The notes: generated from the letters alone by a model not told the origin. Positions 42,353-54,694 are shown, numbered from the stretch's first letter. The stretch is DNA of 64,000 nt from an uncultured delta proteobacterium (GCA_963724765.1 CAVRVY010000001.1:608001-672000); one strand, 5' to 3'. A program made the numbers and translations.

Positions 42353-42813
42353 TCTCCGGCCTAGCCGTCGGGGTCCCTGTGACGAAGGAGCACCGTTGGA
42401 AGACCGACGGGCGGTCTTCGGACGAGGCGCGCGACCCCCATGGACAGGCGGATGGTTGCTTGGCCCCACTTGCTTCTCTGGGCCAAGCGAAGTCGACCGG
42501 TACCGGGCCGAACTCTGTCGCGATACGCGGGGTGCGCCCGCGTGCTGAGAGTCAGGCGAATAGTGCCATCCGGAATCGAGGATCGGTCACGGGCAAGGGC
42601 CCCCGTGAGAAGTTGCTTGAACTTTTCACACGGGCGAGCGGCCATGGATAGGGGGACAGCGACGACTCCGCATACGAAACGGAGCGTGGCGAAGGGCTTC
42701 ACGGGATGGCCCTTGCCAGCGATGGTGGGCCCCGTATTTTTGGAGCTGTACCCTTGTTATGACAAAGCTCGCACAACTCTGGAGCGCAAGCGGACGAAGC
42801 GCTCGAGCAGGAG

Positions 42814-44010
42814 ATGCTAACGCACATGCGAATTATCGTAATCGGAGCCGGGATCGGCGGCCTCGCGGCCGCGCTGACCCTTGGGCGCTCTGGCTTTGAG
42901 GTTCAGGTGTACGAACAGGCCTCCGAATTGCGCGAGGTCGGTGCCGGCGTCCAGATGAGTCCCAACGCGACGCGAATTCTCCATCGGCTCGGACTTGAGG
43001 AGCCGCTACGCCGCTTCGGAGTGCGGCCACGCGCGCGCGTCATCCGCCGCTGGGACGACGGGCGTGAGATCGCTCGCCAGCCCCTGGCCGACGCGTGCGA
43101 GCGTGACTTCGGCGCCCCCTATTATCACTTCCATCGTGCCGAACTACTCGACGTCCTTTCCGCCTCGGTGCCGGACGGCGTGCTTCATCTTGACCATCGA
43201 TGCGTCGGATTGACCCAGCGCGGGGACCATGTCGAAGTGCAATTCCATAACGGCGGGACCGCTGACGCCGACGTTGTAGTTGGCGCAGACGGCATCCACT
43301 CCACCGTGCGTGAAGCCATCCTGGGGCCGGAATCGTCCCGCTTTTCGGGACATGTGGCCTATCGCGGGTTGGTTCCGGCGGCGCGCGTTGCGCATCTCGG
43401 GATCGAGGTTGTGGCTTCCTCATGGTGGGGGCCGGACCATCACTTCGTTCATTATTTTGTTGGCGCTGGCGCGCGCTACCTCAATTGGGTCGCGGTCACT
43501 CCCGGCGAATGGCGCATCGAGTCGTGGACCGCCAGGGGCGAAGTGGCCGATGCGCTCAGGGAATTCGAGGGATGGCATCCCACGGTCCGGGCGATTATCG
43601 GCTCGGTTGTTGCGACCAATCGTTGGGCGCTCTATGACCGCGACCCGCTCCCGCAATGGACCGTTGGACGCGTGACGCTGATGGGCGATGCGGCGCACGC
43701 AATGCTCCCCTATATGGCGCAGGGCGCGGTGCAATCGATCGAGGATGCCGCGGTGCTGGCGAAATGCCTCGAACGGGCGGACGCGCGCGATGCGGGTGTC
43801 GCCCTGCGACGCTACGAACAGGCACGCAAGCCCCGCGCATCCCGATGCCAGGAGGGCTCGCGCCGCAACGGCATCATGTACCATCTTGCCGACGGCGAGG
43901 ACCAACGAAAACGCGACGCTAACCTGGCGTCCGCTACGACCGCCCCGCTACCCCAGAACGCCGCCTGGCTCTATGGCCACGACGTCGAGGCCGAATTCGA
44001 GCAAGGGTGA
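42814..44010 (+). CDS. Group A FAD-dependent aromatic monooxygenase (salicylate hydroxylase/NicC-like)
   Basis: GAGIGG, EVGAGVQMSPN, HRAEL, GADGIHS, GDAAHAMLPYMAQGA, WLYGHD. Confidence 0.92.
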   Translation: MLTHMRIIVIGAGIGGLAAALTLGRSGFEVQVYEQASELREVGAGVQMSPNATRILHRLGLEEPLRRFGVRPRARVIRRWDDGREIARQPLADACERDFGAPYYHFHRAELLDVLSASVPDGVLHLDHRCVGLTQRGDHVEVQFHNGGTADADVVVGADGIHSTVREAILGPESSRFSGHVAYRGLVPAARVAHLGIEVVASSWWGPDHHFVHYFVGAGARYLNWVAVTPGEWRIESWTARGEVADALREFEGWHPTVRAIIGSVVATNRWALYDRDPLPQWTVGRVTLMGDAAHAMLPYMAQGAVQSIEDAAVLAKCLERADARDAGVALRRYEQARKPRASRCQEGSRRNGIMYHLADGEDQRKRDANLASATTAPLPQNAAWLYGHDVEAEFEQG

Positions 44011-44282
44011 AATCCGCAAGCACCCGTGTCGGCGGGCCGCGCGACGGATGGTCCGGGGTCGCCGCGACCCGCCACCCCACCCCAGCGGGCTCGAACTTGC
44101 CGACCCCGGCTTAGGGCAAGCCCGAGGCCCCAGATGGCCGCAGGCTACACTCGAATCCCGCCAGCGCGGTTTTCTCCTTTCACGGCGCTGTCCGTTCTGG
44201 AGGGAAGCCAGACAGGTGGAACTTCGAACTTCGGTACGGCACTCGTGAATCGTGGGACAAGCTCAACGAGACCGGGCGGGCG

Positions 44283-44465
44283 TTGCTCACGAAGTTCGTC
44301 GCTGAGGAACTCTCGCGCATCGGCAAAGTAACGGCGGCCGAAAAACCTTTTGAACTTGGAATCACCGGGATTGCGACGCCCTTTATCGGGGTTGTCGACC
44401 TCGTTGCTGAGGTCGACGCAAAACGAACAGTGCTCGACTTCAAGACATCGGGCTCAAGCTATGCG
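44283..44465 (+). pseudogene. PD-(D/E)XK nuclease (RecB-like) fragment
   Basis: AAEKPF..FIGVVDLV..VLDFKTS. Confidence 0.6.
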
Positions 44466-44559
44466 GAGCACGTGGCGTGCTCCGCAACTTCCCGCCATTC
44501 ATAAGTAGAGACCGTGGTCGATTTCGCCCTCCTGGGGCGGTTGTGTTTCCTGTCCTTTA

Positions 44560-45872
44560 TGGTCTTACCCCTTTTGGTATCCCATTCGTAAGTTAGTGTT
44601 GTCCGAGGTTTTAGGGTCATTTTCTTCATTCCAAGTTTTTCCGGCTGCCCTTCATGATCTGAGGGCGGGCGAAAAACTGGGTAGTTTTGGATCCGAGGCC
44701 GGAGCGCATCGCGCCGCGGTGGTCAGCAGTTCTTGAGCTGGCCGAGCGGTGCGCGCCAGGGCCGAGTTCCCCTGATTGACTGCCCGTGCCGCGAATTCCT
44801 CAGGGGTGAGGTCGCCGAGGCTCGAATGTGGACGTTCCCGATTGTACTCGACGCGCCATTTTTCGATCTTGCAGCGCGCATCATCGAGCGAAACGAAAAC
44901 GTGCTCGTTGAGGCATTCCTCGCGCAACCGCGCATTGAAGCTCTCGATGTGCGCGTTCTGGATCGGCTTGCCCGGTTCGATGAACTGCGCAGTTCGGGAC
45001 CATTATCCGCCTGAATCACGCTCGGCAGACCCCGCACGGTGTGCAAACGCTCCAACACCCTGGTTACACGCTCGCTGGTAAGCGAGACGTCGACTTCGAT
45101 GGCCAGGCTCTCTCGGCTCCATTGGTCGAGCACAGCGAAGGCGCGAAACCGCCGGCCGCTGATCAGACTGTCGTGAATGAAATCGACCGCCCAGGTTTGA
45201 TTGGCCGCGACAGACCGCTCGCGCACCACGCGCAGATGGCTCAAGCGTTTGCGGCGCCGCCGTCGGCGCAGTGAAAGGCCTTCTTCACGATACAGCCGCT
45301 CGACGCGTTTGTGATTGGCGCGCCAGCCTTCGCGGCGCAGCACCAGGTAGAGCATCGGACAACCCCAACGCCGTCGTTGCTCGGCTAACTCCCGCAGCCG
45401 TTGCCGCAATTGATGATTGCGATCTTCTGCCGGGGCCCGCTGGAAACCGCGCCGCGTGATGCCGATCAGCCCACACGCGCGACGCTGCGACAGAGCATGC
45501 GTGGTCATAACTTCCGCCACCATCGCGCGCTTCACAGCGGGCCGTAACCGTTTTTTGCCAGCACGTCCTTCAGCGCTCGAATATCCAGCGCCTGGTCCGC
45601 CACGATCGACTTCAGCCGTCGATTCTCTTCTTCCAGCTGCCGCAGGCGGCGCATCTCTGAGATCTCCAGCCCGCCGTACTTGCTGCGCCAGGTGTAGAAG
45701 GTCGCGTCCGAGATCCCGTGACGCCGACACAGCTCTGTCACCTTCCCGCCGGCCTCGGCCTCCTTCAGAATCGAGATGATCTGTTCTTCGCTAAACCGTG
45801 CTCGTTTCATGTCTGCCTTCCTTCCCGGCAGACACTAACTCATCGGTGGCATACCTGTAGGGGGAAAGACCA
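44560..45872 (-). mobile_element. IS3-family (IS407 group) element, TTTA duplication; orfB internally deleted
   Basis: Ends TGGTCTTACCCC and GGGGAAAGACCA, TTTA at 44556-44559 and 45873-45876. A6 slippery run near 45551. orfB jumps from DNGPELR to FIEPGKP. Confidence 0.88.
45532..45810 (-). CDS. IS3-family transposase OrfA
   Basis: MKRARFSEEQIISILKEAEAG..CRRHGISDATFYTWRSKYGG..LEEENRRLK. Confidence 0.9.
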   Translation of the reverse strand: MKRARFSEEQIISILKEAEAGGKVTELCRRHGISDATFYTWRSKYGGLEISEMRRLRQLEEENRRLKSIVADQALDIRALKDVLAKNGYGPL

Positions 45873-46007
45873 TTTAAGCACCGCGAACTCGTTTGGCGTC
45901 AAGGCTCCGAGGCTGCCGTGCGGACGGAGGTGATTGTAGTCGTAGCGCCACGCTTCGATGGTCTGGCGCGCCTCGGTGAGACTGAGGAACACGTGCTCAT
46001 TGAGGCA

Positions 46008-46950
46008 TATATGGACCCAGCCTCGGCGCAAGGCTATTTCTCGATGCTGAGAATCGGTTGCTCACATATATCCGGCCTTCTGCTGGGGTTACACTTTGGT
46101 ACCCCTGGCCCTGATGGAATCCGCGCACTTTCACCTCGTCACTCCTGCGGCCTCATGGGCCTGCCTCAACTCAGGTTTGGAAAGTGCCGGTCTGACCGGT
46201 TCGCCATCATCGCTGAAACCGCCTGCGCAATCTGGGGTTGGTAATAGCCGTTTTCCGCCCGCGGTCCCCTCAACCAACTTGGGGGATGCGGGCGGAAAAC
46301 GGCGCTGGTCGATAACTCTCACCCTTGGTGAGTAGCGCCCACAGCACGCGCGCGTTGCGGTTGGCGAGCGCGACCGCCGCCACGTTTGGTCCCTGACGGC
46401 CCTTGAGCCGGCTGATCGAGACGCTACGTGGATCCTTTCGGCCTTCCACGGTGCGCACTGCCGAGCGTGCCCCATGGATGAGGAGGGTTCGCAAATAACG
46501 GTCGCCGCGTTTGCTGATTCCGAGCAAAACCGTCCTGCCCCCGCTGGAGTGCTGACGCGGCACCAGGCCCAGCCACGCGCTCAATTCCCGACCGCTCTTG
46601 AACTCATGCGCGTTGCCCACCGCCGCCACCAGTGCGGTCGCGATCAGCGGTCCGACGCCTTCGACCTGGGCCAGACGCTGGCAGCGCGTTCATCTTGGCC
46701 AAAGACGCGCGCCACACGCAGATCGTACTGCCGAATGCGTTCGTCCAAACCCCGTAACCGCTCCGCCATCTCCACCAGCATCCCGCGGAACAGTCCGCTT
46801 AGTCCATTCTCGACATCATCGAGTATCACTGGCAGCATCCGGCGCAAGGGCGCGATGCCTCTGGTAACTACGATCCCATATTCGGCCAGCAGGCCGCGGA
46901 TCTCGTTGGCCAGCGCCGTGCGCCACTTGATGAGCTGAGCGCGAATCCGA
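46008..46950 (-). mobile_element. IS110-family (IS1111 type) element: transposase 3' part (frameshifted) and complete right non-coding end
   Basis: FKSGRELSAWLGLVPRQHSSGG..GISKRGDRYLRTLLIHGAR..AAVALANRNAR. About 260 nt non-coding end finishing GGGTCCATATA. The 5' part is lost at the rve element. Confidence 0.88.
46050..46212 (-). ncRNA. Predicted IS1111-type seek/bridge RNA
   Basis: GATGGCGAACCGGTCAGACCGGCAC..GCGCGGATTCCATCAGGGCCAG..AGGCCGGATATATG..GCAAC scaffold. One segment is complementary to the flanking target and another matches the element end. Boundaries approximate. Confidence 0.75.
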
Positions 46951-46957
46951 TGGGCGT

Positions 46958-47992
46958 ATGGTAATGAAGCGGCCGATGGTGGCCTTTCTGAGCCAGCTGC
47001 TGCTTGCTATCCGGTCGCGGTTCACGGGGCGCGCGCGGCTTGAGGCCGAGAATCTCCTCCTGCGCCAACAACTGGTAGTTCTACGGCGCAAGTCCCCGAC
47101 GCGCGTAAGACTGTGGAACATCGATCGCCTGCTGTTGGTATGGCTGTATCGACTTTACCCGTCGCTCCTGGACGCCATCATCATCGTCCAGCCGGAGACC
47201 GTGCTCCGCTGGCACCGACGTGGTTTCCGCGCCTACTGGCGCTGGAAGTCCCGCCACGTCGGCGGCCGTCCACGGATCGATACCGAGTTTCGAGCGCTGA
47301 TCCGGCGGATGAGCCGCGAGAACCCGCTGTGGGGCGCACCGCGGATCCACGGCGAATTGTTGATGCTTGGCATCGAAGTCGCTGAATCAACCGTCGGCAG
47401 GTATATGGTCCGGCGCCGCCGACCACCGTCCCAAGGTTGGAGGCCTTTCCTGCGCAATCACGCTGCGGGCATCGCTTCGCTGGATCTGTTCATCGTACGC
47501 ACGATCTCGTTCAAGCTGCTCTACGGTTTGGTGATCCTGCGTCACGCCCGCCGGCGGCTCGTAACAATCAGCGTCACTTCCAATCCGACCGCCGAGTGGA
47601 TCGCAGGTCAGGTAACGGACGCGTTTCCCTGGGACGAAGCGCCGCGTCACCTGATTCGCGACCGCGACGGGGCCTTCGGCCCAGCCTACACCCATCGCAT
47701 TCGGGCAATGGGGATCCGTGATCACCCGACCGCTCCGCGCTCACCGTGGCAGAACGGCCACGTCGAGCGCCTCATAGGCTCGATCCGGCGCGAATCTGTC
47801 GATCACCTGGTAGTGTTCGACGAAGCGCAGTTGCGTCGCGTTCTGAAGAATTACGCTTCCTATTACAACCAGGTCCGGACGCACCTCTCATTGGACAAGA
47901 ATGCGCCGGACTTTCGGCGCCCCCAGAAGCTCGGCTCCATCGCATCCATTTCAATTCTGGGTGGGCTGCATCACCAATATGTCAGGGTTTAG
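46958..47992 (+). CDS. Integrase-core (rve) transposase, intact
   Basis: LEAENLLLRQQL, NPLWGAPRIHGEL, ASLDLF, LIRDRDG, PWQNGHVERLIGSIRRE, LGGLHHQY. Confidence 0.9.
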   Translation: MVMKRPMVAFLSQLLLAIRSRFTGRARLEAENLLLRQQLVVLRRKSPTRVRLWNIDRLLLVWLYRLYPSLLDAIIIVQPETVLRWHRRGFRAYWRWKSRHVGGRPRIDTEFRALIRRMSRENPLWGAPRIHGELLMLGIEVAESTVGRYMVRRRRPPSQGWRPFLRNHAAGIASLDLFIVRTISFKLLYGLVILRHARRRLVTISVTSNPTAEWIAGQVTDAFPWDEAPRHLIRDRDGAFGPAYTHRIRAMGIRDHPTAPRSPWQNGHVERLIGSIRRESVDHLVVFDEAQLRRVLKNYASYYNQVRTHLSLDKNAPDFRRPQKLGSIASISILGGLHHQYVRV

Positions 47993-48145
47993 GTTTTGAC
48001 TAAGCATAGGTGGTTATCTAACCGGCACCGCTCCGGTAACAAGAATTGGAGTCAATGCGCGCCGAGATCGACGAGTTGCGTCTATCGCGCCGCGGGACTA
48101 AGAAGTCGTGTTTGGAGAGATAAAAACGGAAATCCAGGATAAATT

Positions 48146-48595
48146 ATGAAAAAGACCGATGAACTGGTGCGTGAGCTTGCTGACCGCGAGGCCATCCGCG
48201 ATCTTCCCATCCGCTACTGCGACTGCCTATGCCGAAATGATCTGGAAGGCCTAGTGAGTCTCTTCACCGAGGATGGCAGTTTCATCGTAAAAAACCCCGA
48301 GAATGAAGTCGTTACGCGTGGCCGCACAGAACTTAAGAAAATGTACGAAAATCTGGTCAGCGACGTGCACCCCCGGCCCTACACCCACACTCACGTCGTC
48401 GAATTGCGCAGCGGGGACAGCGCGACTGGCCGATGCTACATCGAGATGCGCAGCGCGAAGCTCGAGATGGAGTGGCTCGGCTCAGGCTACTACGAAGACG
48501 ACTACACAAAAGTACGCGGGGAATGGAGATTCGCCTCTCGCCGCCTCATCGAAATCGGCATGGGCCCATCGTTAAGAACCTTCATGGTGAGTTAG
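48146..48595 (+). CDS. SnoaL-like/NTF2-family protein
   Basis: LADREAIRDL..RYC..LFTEDG..GYYEDDY..GEWRFASR. Confidence 0.88.
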   Translation: MKKTDELVRELADREAIRDLPIRYCDCLCRNDLEGLVSLFTEDGSFIVKNPENEVVTRGRTELKKMYENLVSDVHPRPYTHTHVVELRSGDSATGRCYIEMRSAKLEMEWLGSGYYEDDYTKVRGEWRFASRRLIEIGMGPSLRTFMVS

Positions 48596-48650
48596 ACTGA
48601 ACTCCGCCACACCGCCGGTCCCTCGCGCAGCAGAGGGAGCGGGACCACCC

Positions 48651-49025
48651 TCAATGCTTATTGCGCGGGTCGTCCGACGGGTTCACGTAGGTGAACGCGA
48701 AAGGAGCCAAGCCGTGCACCTGGATGGTGGTCGGGCCTTGCGCCCATGCGTAGTGATGCACGTCTTTCGGCATGCACACGAATCCGCCGGCTTTCAGAAG
48801 ACTTCCACTCGACCTGTCAAACTTGTCTCCCATCCCGGCGCCCAGCGTCCCGCTGAGCACGGTCACGTTCTCGTCCGTTGGATGCCAATGGGGCGGGATC
48901 TTGTAGCCAGCGGGCATTTTCAGCCGCAGCGTGTATGAACCGCTGCTCGCCAACGGATTGCCGTCCAACACGGCGGCCTCGGCGCCTTTCGGGACCACGG
49001 GCGGGGCCGGCGCCCATAGGATCGC
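48651..49025 (-). pseudogene. Cupin (DUF4437-like) protein, N-terminus lost
   Basis: GAEAAVLDGNP..YTLRLKMPAGYKIPPHWHPTDENVTVLSG..HHYAW..YVNPSDDPR. The upstream part of the ORF looks unrelated. Confidence 0.7.
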
Positions 49026-49355
49026 TTTGGGAGACGGGATCGGATCGCATCTGCGGACGGAATAATCCGCGTATGTCTCTTGCCAATAGCCCGCATGCTC
49101 CGCGCCGTGCAGGGCCGATAGACAGTCTTCAGTGCCCGGCCGAGGTTCCTCGATGCGCGCCATCTGGCGCACTCCAAGCGTGTCCGACGACGTAAGTCAG
49201 GCGCAACTGCGGCGAAAGAACCGCCTGGATGCTCGCAATGCACTTCGGTCCACAGACGATCAAGATTCATCTAGCAAGCCATAGTACGTGGTGCTGGAGT
49301 AACACGCTCTCCAGCCAACAACTGGTCCTGTTATAAACTCCTACGGGTGTCGACA

Positions 49356-51101
<1,746 letters not shown>

Positions 51102-51239
51102 GCTTCCTAAGCTTTCGTCCCGGCCGGCCTCACTACCGGCTGGTCTTCTGAGTGGCACGACGCGCATCGATCCGGGTCTCCGCTCTGCCGAGTCACTCTC
51201 CGGACCTTGCGTTGCTGTATCGGTCGGTGTTCCGAAATC

Positions 51240-51400
51240 CTTGATTATAGGTTCGATTCGCCGCGAGTTTCTGGACCACATGGTCATCTTCAACGAGCGC
51301 CATTTACGTCGCGTCCTGTCGCTTTACGTTGACCAATGCGGATCAAGCGGCGAGCCGTTCGTAGCGATGATGCAGTCCGCCGACCTGCGTTATGGCGGTG
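51240..51400 (+). mobile_element. rve-type transposase fragments
   Basis: [25 protein letters not shown] matches the C-terminus of 46958-47992. Confidence 0.65.
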
Positions 51401-51787
51401 ATACTTCGCTTCTTTTGCGAGAGTACGAAAGCGACGCTGGTACCCCTCGCAAGTCGCCTTTACTGCGGGCAAATCTTGACGAAGGAAGGCGCTGCCCACA
51501 TCCCGCTCGAATTCGTCGAGAAGCGCCTCCGCTCGCGCGGGTGACAGCTCGTCGCTCAGTGCGTCAATTTCAGACAGAGCGGCGCGCAGCAGACCGTTGG
51601 CTGCTTCGTCATCCCATCGGTCGTTCAACTCAAACCTCTCAAGCGGATCACGTCGGTCATGTCGAGGCGGCCGTGCGAGATGTGGGTGGCCGCAGCGACG
51701 AAACCATTATAACAGGTGGGCAGCGCGATTCGGGCGCGTCCATCTGCAAGATAGCTAGCAAAGAAAACGTGGGACTCCCCTTGTCAC

Positions 51788-51825
51788 CTGCGTACCTGCG
51801 GCGCAAAAGCGCCGCAGGTACGCAG
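51788..51825 (-). terminator. Perfect 17-bp stem-loop downstream of the epimerase fragment
   Basis: CTGCGTACCTGCGGCGC-AAAA-GCGCCGCAGGTACGCAG. No clear U-tract. Confidence 0.55.
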
Positions 51826-51830
51826 TCTGT

Positions 51831-51988
51831 TCAGGCTTCGAAATAGCTCGGCTGGTCGATATCGGCGATAATCCCGGGCTGTTCGGCTCCCAGCCCAGCA
51901 GCGCCCGGGTACGCACGTTCGAGGCCGGGACATCCATTCCTGCGAACAGCGCGAACCAGGTAAGATAGTCGGTTAAATCATGCGCCAC
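51831..51988 (-). pseudogene. NAD-dependent epimerase/SDR C-terminal fragment
   Basis: WFALFAGMDVPASNVRTRALLGWEP / PGIIADIDQPSYFEA across a frameshift. Confidence 0.6.
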
Positions 51989-52154
51989 TTTGCCAAGGTT
52001 GCGAATGCGTTGTCTGGCCTAAGGTCAGCCTTAAGGGCCAACTCCAAGACGGAGACGCTATCCAAATCGACCCGATAATCTTCGACCTCGCTTGTCGAGC
52101 CATGCGGGCTGAAGCTCCATCGCTGCGAGCAACGAAGCCAGTCGCCAGACACTT

Positions 52155-52945
52155 ACGGGTAAGCTGTTTGACGAAAGCGGCCTAAGCCTGACGCCGAGTC
52201 ATGCCGTGAAGGGTGAGCGGAGATACCGCTACTACGTGTCGCGCAGCCTGATCAGAGGGACAGGTGATTCGACAAGACGCGGTTGGCGCTTGCCAGCACC
52301 AGAGATCGAGCGAAGTGTTACCGCCGCGGCCTGCAAGATGTTGAGTGACCAGACCGCAATCGCAACCGCCGCTCAGGCGATTGGTCTCGCTGAGAATCGA
52401 CTTCCATCCGTTTTCACTCTGGCGCAAACCTGGAGACAGCGCCTGCAATCGGAAGTCGAAGCCGGAGCCGCCCTGACTACCTTGGTCCTGCGCATCGACC
52501 TGAGCGATTCGGGCATCCGATTAGCGCTCAAAGTGCCGATAGTCGACGGCGGCGTGCAGCCCGTTGTGAACGCCACCGAACTGATAATCCAGTGCGATGT
52601 TCCGATGCAGATCAGCGGCGTGGTGTCGAAATGCGTCTGGTCATCGAAGGCAATCGCACGGCGCCACGAGTCGAATTGGCACTGTTGAAGGCCGTTGCCC
52701 GGGCGCATCATTGGTCGGACGATCTGCTGAGCGGGCGATTGCCGTCAATTGCGAGACTTGCTGAGCGTGAAGGGGTCAGCGCGCGGTACGTCAGACGATT
52801 GATGCGATTGGCATTCCTGGCGCCGAAGATCGTCGAAATGATAGCGGCCGGTAGGCAGGCGCCAGAGCTAACTGCCGAGGCCTTGGGCGAACGGATCGAT
52901 CTCCCGCTCCTTTGGACTGCGCAAGAAGAAGCTTTGGGCGTCTGA
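52155..52945 (+). pseudogene. Large serine recombinase C-terminal remnant
   Basis: GKLFDESG..LTPSHAVKGERRYRYYVSRSL..RRGVEMRLVI..RLAFLAP, homologous to 55804-57498. Frameshift near 52613. Confidence 0.85.
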
Positions 52946-53183
52946 GAGTCCGCACAGGTTCGATTACCGCCGCACTTTACGGCTGGCGAGTTGTTCAAAT
53001 CGGACCCATTGGGCGCCGCGAATGGATGGAACCGTCTCACTCGCCAACAGAGAAATCAGCCGCGTGTTGCGCGCAAACTATCGGAAACCGACTTTCTCCG
53101 GCGCCGCCAGACGCCTGAATGAAGCCGCAACTGCGCGCTATTTCGGCCAGCTGGGCGGAGAATCCGTGGGGACTAGGACTCGT

Positions 53184-53207
53184 TGGCGGAGCGGATGAAT
53201 TCAAACC
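53184..53207 (-). other. Degenerate tRNA-like 3' end closing the recombinase remnant
   Basis: Reverse complement reads GGTTTGAATTCATCCGCTCCGCCA. Confidence 0.55.
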
Positions 53208-54076
53208 CTCAGTACCGATTGTCCGGTCGCTAAAATAGGCGGTCCGATCCGCCTGATTATCGTGGGTATGTCCGGGGTTTTGGAGTTATGTAGGGTTACT
53301 TCTTTCCGCCACCTGTGCTCGGCTGTGATCGTCAGCAGCTTCTGGTGCGAAATCAACGGCGCCACATATTGCACGATTTGTAGAGCTGAGCCCACCAAGA
53401 GGAGGAATGCTCCGTAACCACCTAGCGCCCGATCTGGTAGGTTGTCGACCCACCATTCGACTGGTGGGCTGAGAATGGTAATCGCAGTGTTCAAAACGCC
53501 GGCTACCATGCCAATCTGAACACCGTAGAGAAGTGCCTCGGAACGCCCAGTCAATGCTCCGCTGACCACGCCAGCAATACCAATCAGTCCTCCTCTGACG
53601 ATTCCACCCCCTACCAAGCGCCGCTCGAGCTGGGGCTTCTGATAAATGCGATAGGTGTTCGTACCCAAGCCGAACTTGTATGCAATGTGCATCGCGAATG
53701 CGCTCAAAATGCCGAAGGCGATCCCGAAATTACGGCCAACAGTGAGCCATTCCGCCATTCCAAATGACAATCCCCTGATAGACGCGAAAACAGCCCACTC
53801 GGTGCTGGAGGCCTTAACGCCGGCCGCGCGTCGCGCTGGCTGAAACTCGACCGTTGGACCCAAGACCAATGCCCCGGCCAAACCGAACCATGTGCCGAGC
53901 AAGGCCGCGTAGCCGAGGCCGAAAATAGCGGAATAGGTCAACAGGCGCGAAAGTACCCGCAAAGGGCCGTGTTTAGCCCCAAGCAGATCGTTAGCCAAAT
54001 AGAGTCCGCCCAAAGCGTCGAACACTACTCCCGTCATGCTCAGAAGCGGAACGATTTTCGAAACGCCGACCATCAC
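53201..54076 (-). CDS. Hypothetical polytopic membrane protein
   Basis: 291-aa ORF with several Gly-rich hydrophobic helices. No family recognised. Confidence 0.6.
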   Translation of the reverse strand: MMVGVSKIVPLLSMTGVVFDALGGLYLANDLLGAKHGPLRVLSRLLTYSAIFGLGYAALLGTWFGLAGALVLGPTVEFQPARRAAGVKASSTEWAVFASIRGLSFGMAEWLTVGRNFGIAFGILSAFAMHIAYKFGLGTNTYRIYQKPQLERRLVGGGIVRGGLIGIAGVVSGALTGRSEALLYGVQIGMVAGVLNTAITILSPPVEWWVDNLPDRALGGYGAFLLLVGSALQIVQYVAPLISHQKLLTITAEHRWRKEVTLHNSKTPDIPTIIRRIGPPILATGQSVLRV

Positions 54077-54199
54077 GCGACCCGCAGAACCAGCGCAAGA
54101 TGATTACGATCGTGAGCCCGACCTGTCTAGTTCGAAAAGAGAGCCGGCGTCGCGGCACCAGCGTCTAGCCGGTGCCGTAGGGTTCACTAAAGAAATTCT

Positions 54200-54446
54200 G
54201 TGGCCAAGATCGCGAAATTCACGCCATATGCGCGTCATTAGGCCTAGTCTGGCGATTCCGCCGTTTCGCCGGCTGCTGACTCCGCGCGCAATTTCGCCCT
54301 TCACGGATGAGATGAACGACCTCGAAGCGAAGTTCTGTGAACCGGCTTTCCGTGCCTCGCTCGAGTTCCTGGACTTCACCGATGACGGCTATCTACGCCA
54401 TCCAGCTTTCCAACGGTTCGCTGACGAGCTTTTCAGCAAGGTTTGA
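54200..54446 (+). pseudogene. Possible ATP-dependent ligase (LigD) OB-fold C-terminal fragment
   Basis: SPF..FCEPAFRASLEFLDFTDDGYLRHPAF resembles the EWT.DG.LRHP.F motif. Confidence 0.45.
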
Positions 54447-54694
54447 CTTAACCGCGCGCCGGGGGTCCCCAACTCGCGAGCGCGAGGCTCCGCGCATAAG
54501 CGCTAGCTGAATCATTGCTTCGTCCGAGCGGGCTGGCGTCAAAAGCCTTTACTGACGTTAGACTTTCGCTCCGGCGGAGAGTAATTCCTCGCGTCAGAAA
54601 AAACTCCCGCGAGGTCATCTCAATGCAAGGTGTCCTTCAGGCGCTCCACTCGTTCGCGTGGCCCGTGGCGATCGTCAATGTGAAGCGCTTTAGG

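Larger units (their letters stand above)
44465..46007 (-). mobile_element. Older IS3-family 3' remnant, interrupted by an IS407-like copy and bounded by the IS110 insertion
   Basis: CLNEHVFLSLTEARQTIEAWRYDYNHLRPHGSLGALTPNEF (46007-45877) continues after the insert as KGQETQPPQEGE (44559 downward). Confidence 0.75.

Noticed and set aside
49030-49270. Possible IS256 relic fused to the cupin gene
   Set aside because: Only a weak LKTVYR similarity.
51102-51293. N-terminal extension of RpoD in the ORF track
   Set aside because: The first part reads through an antisense transposase fragment, so it is not credible as native sequence.
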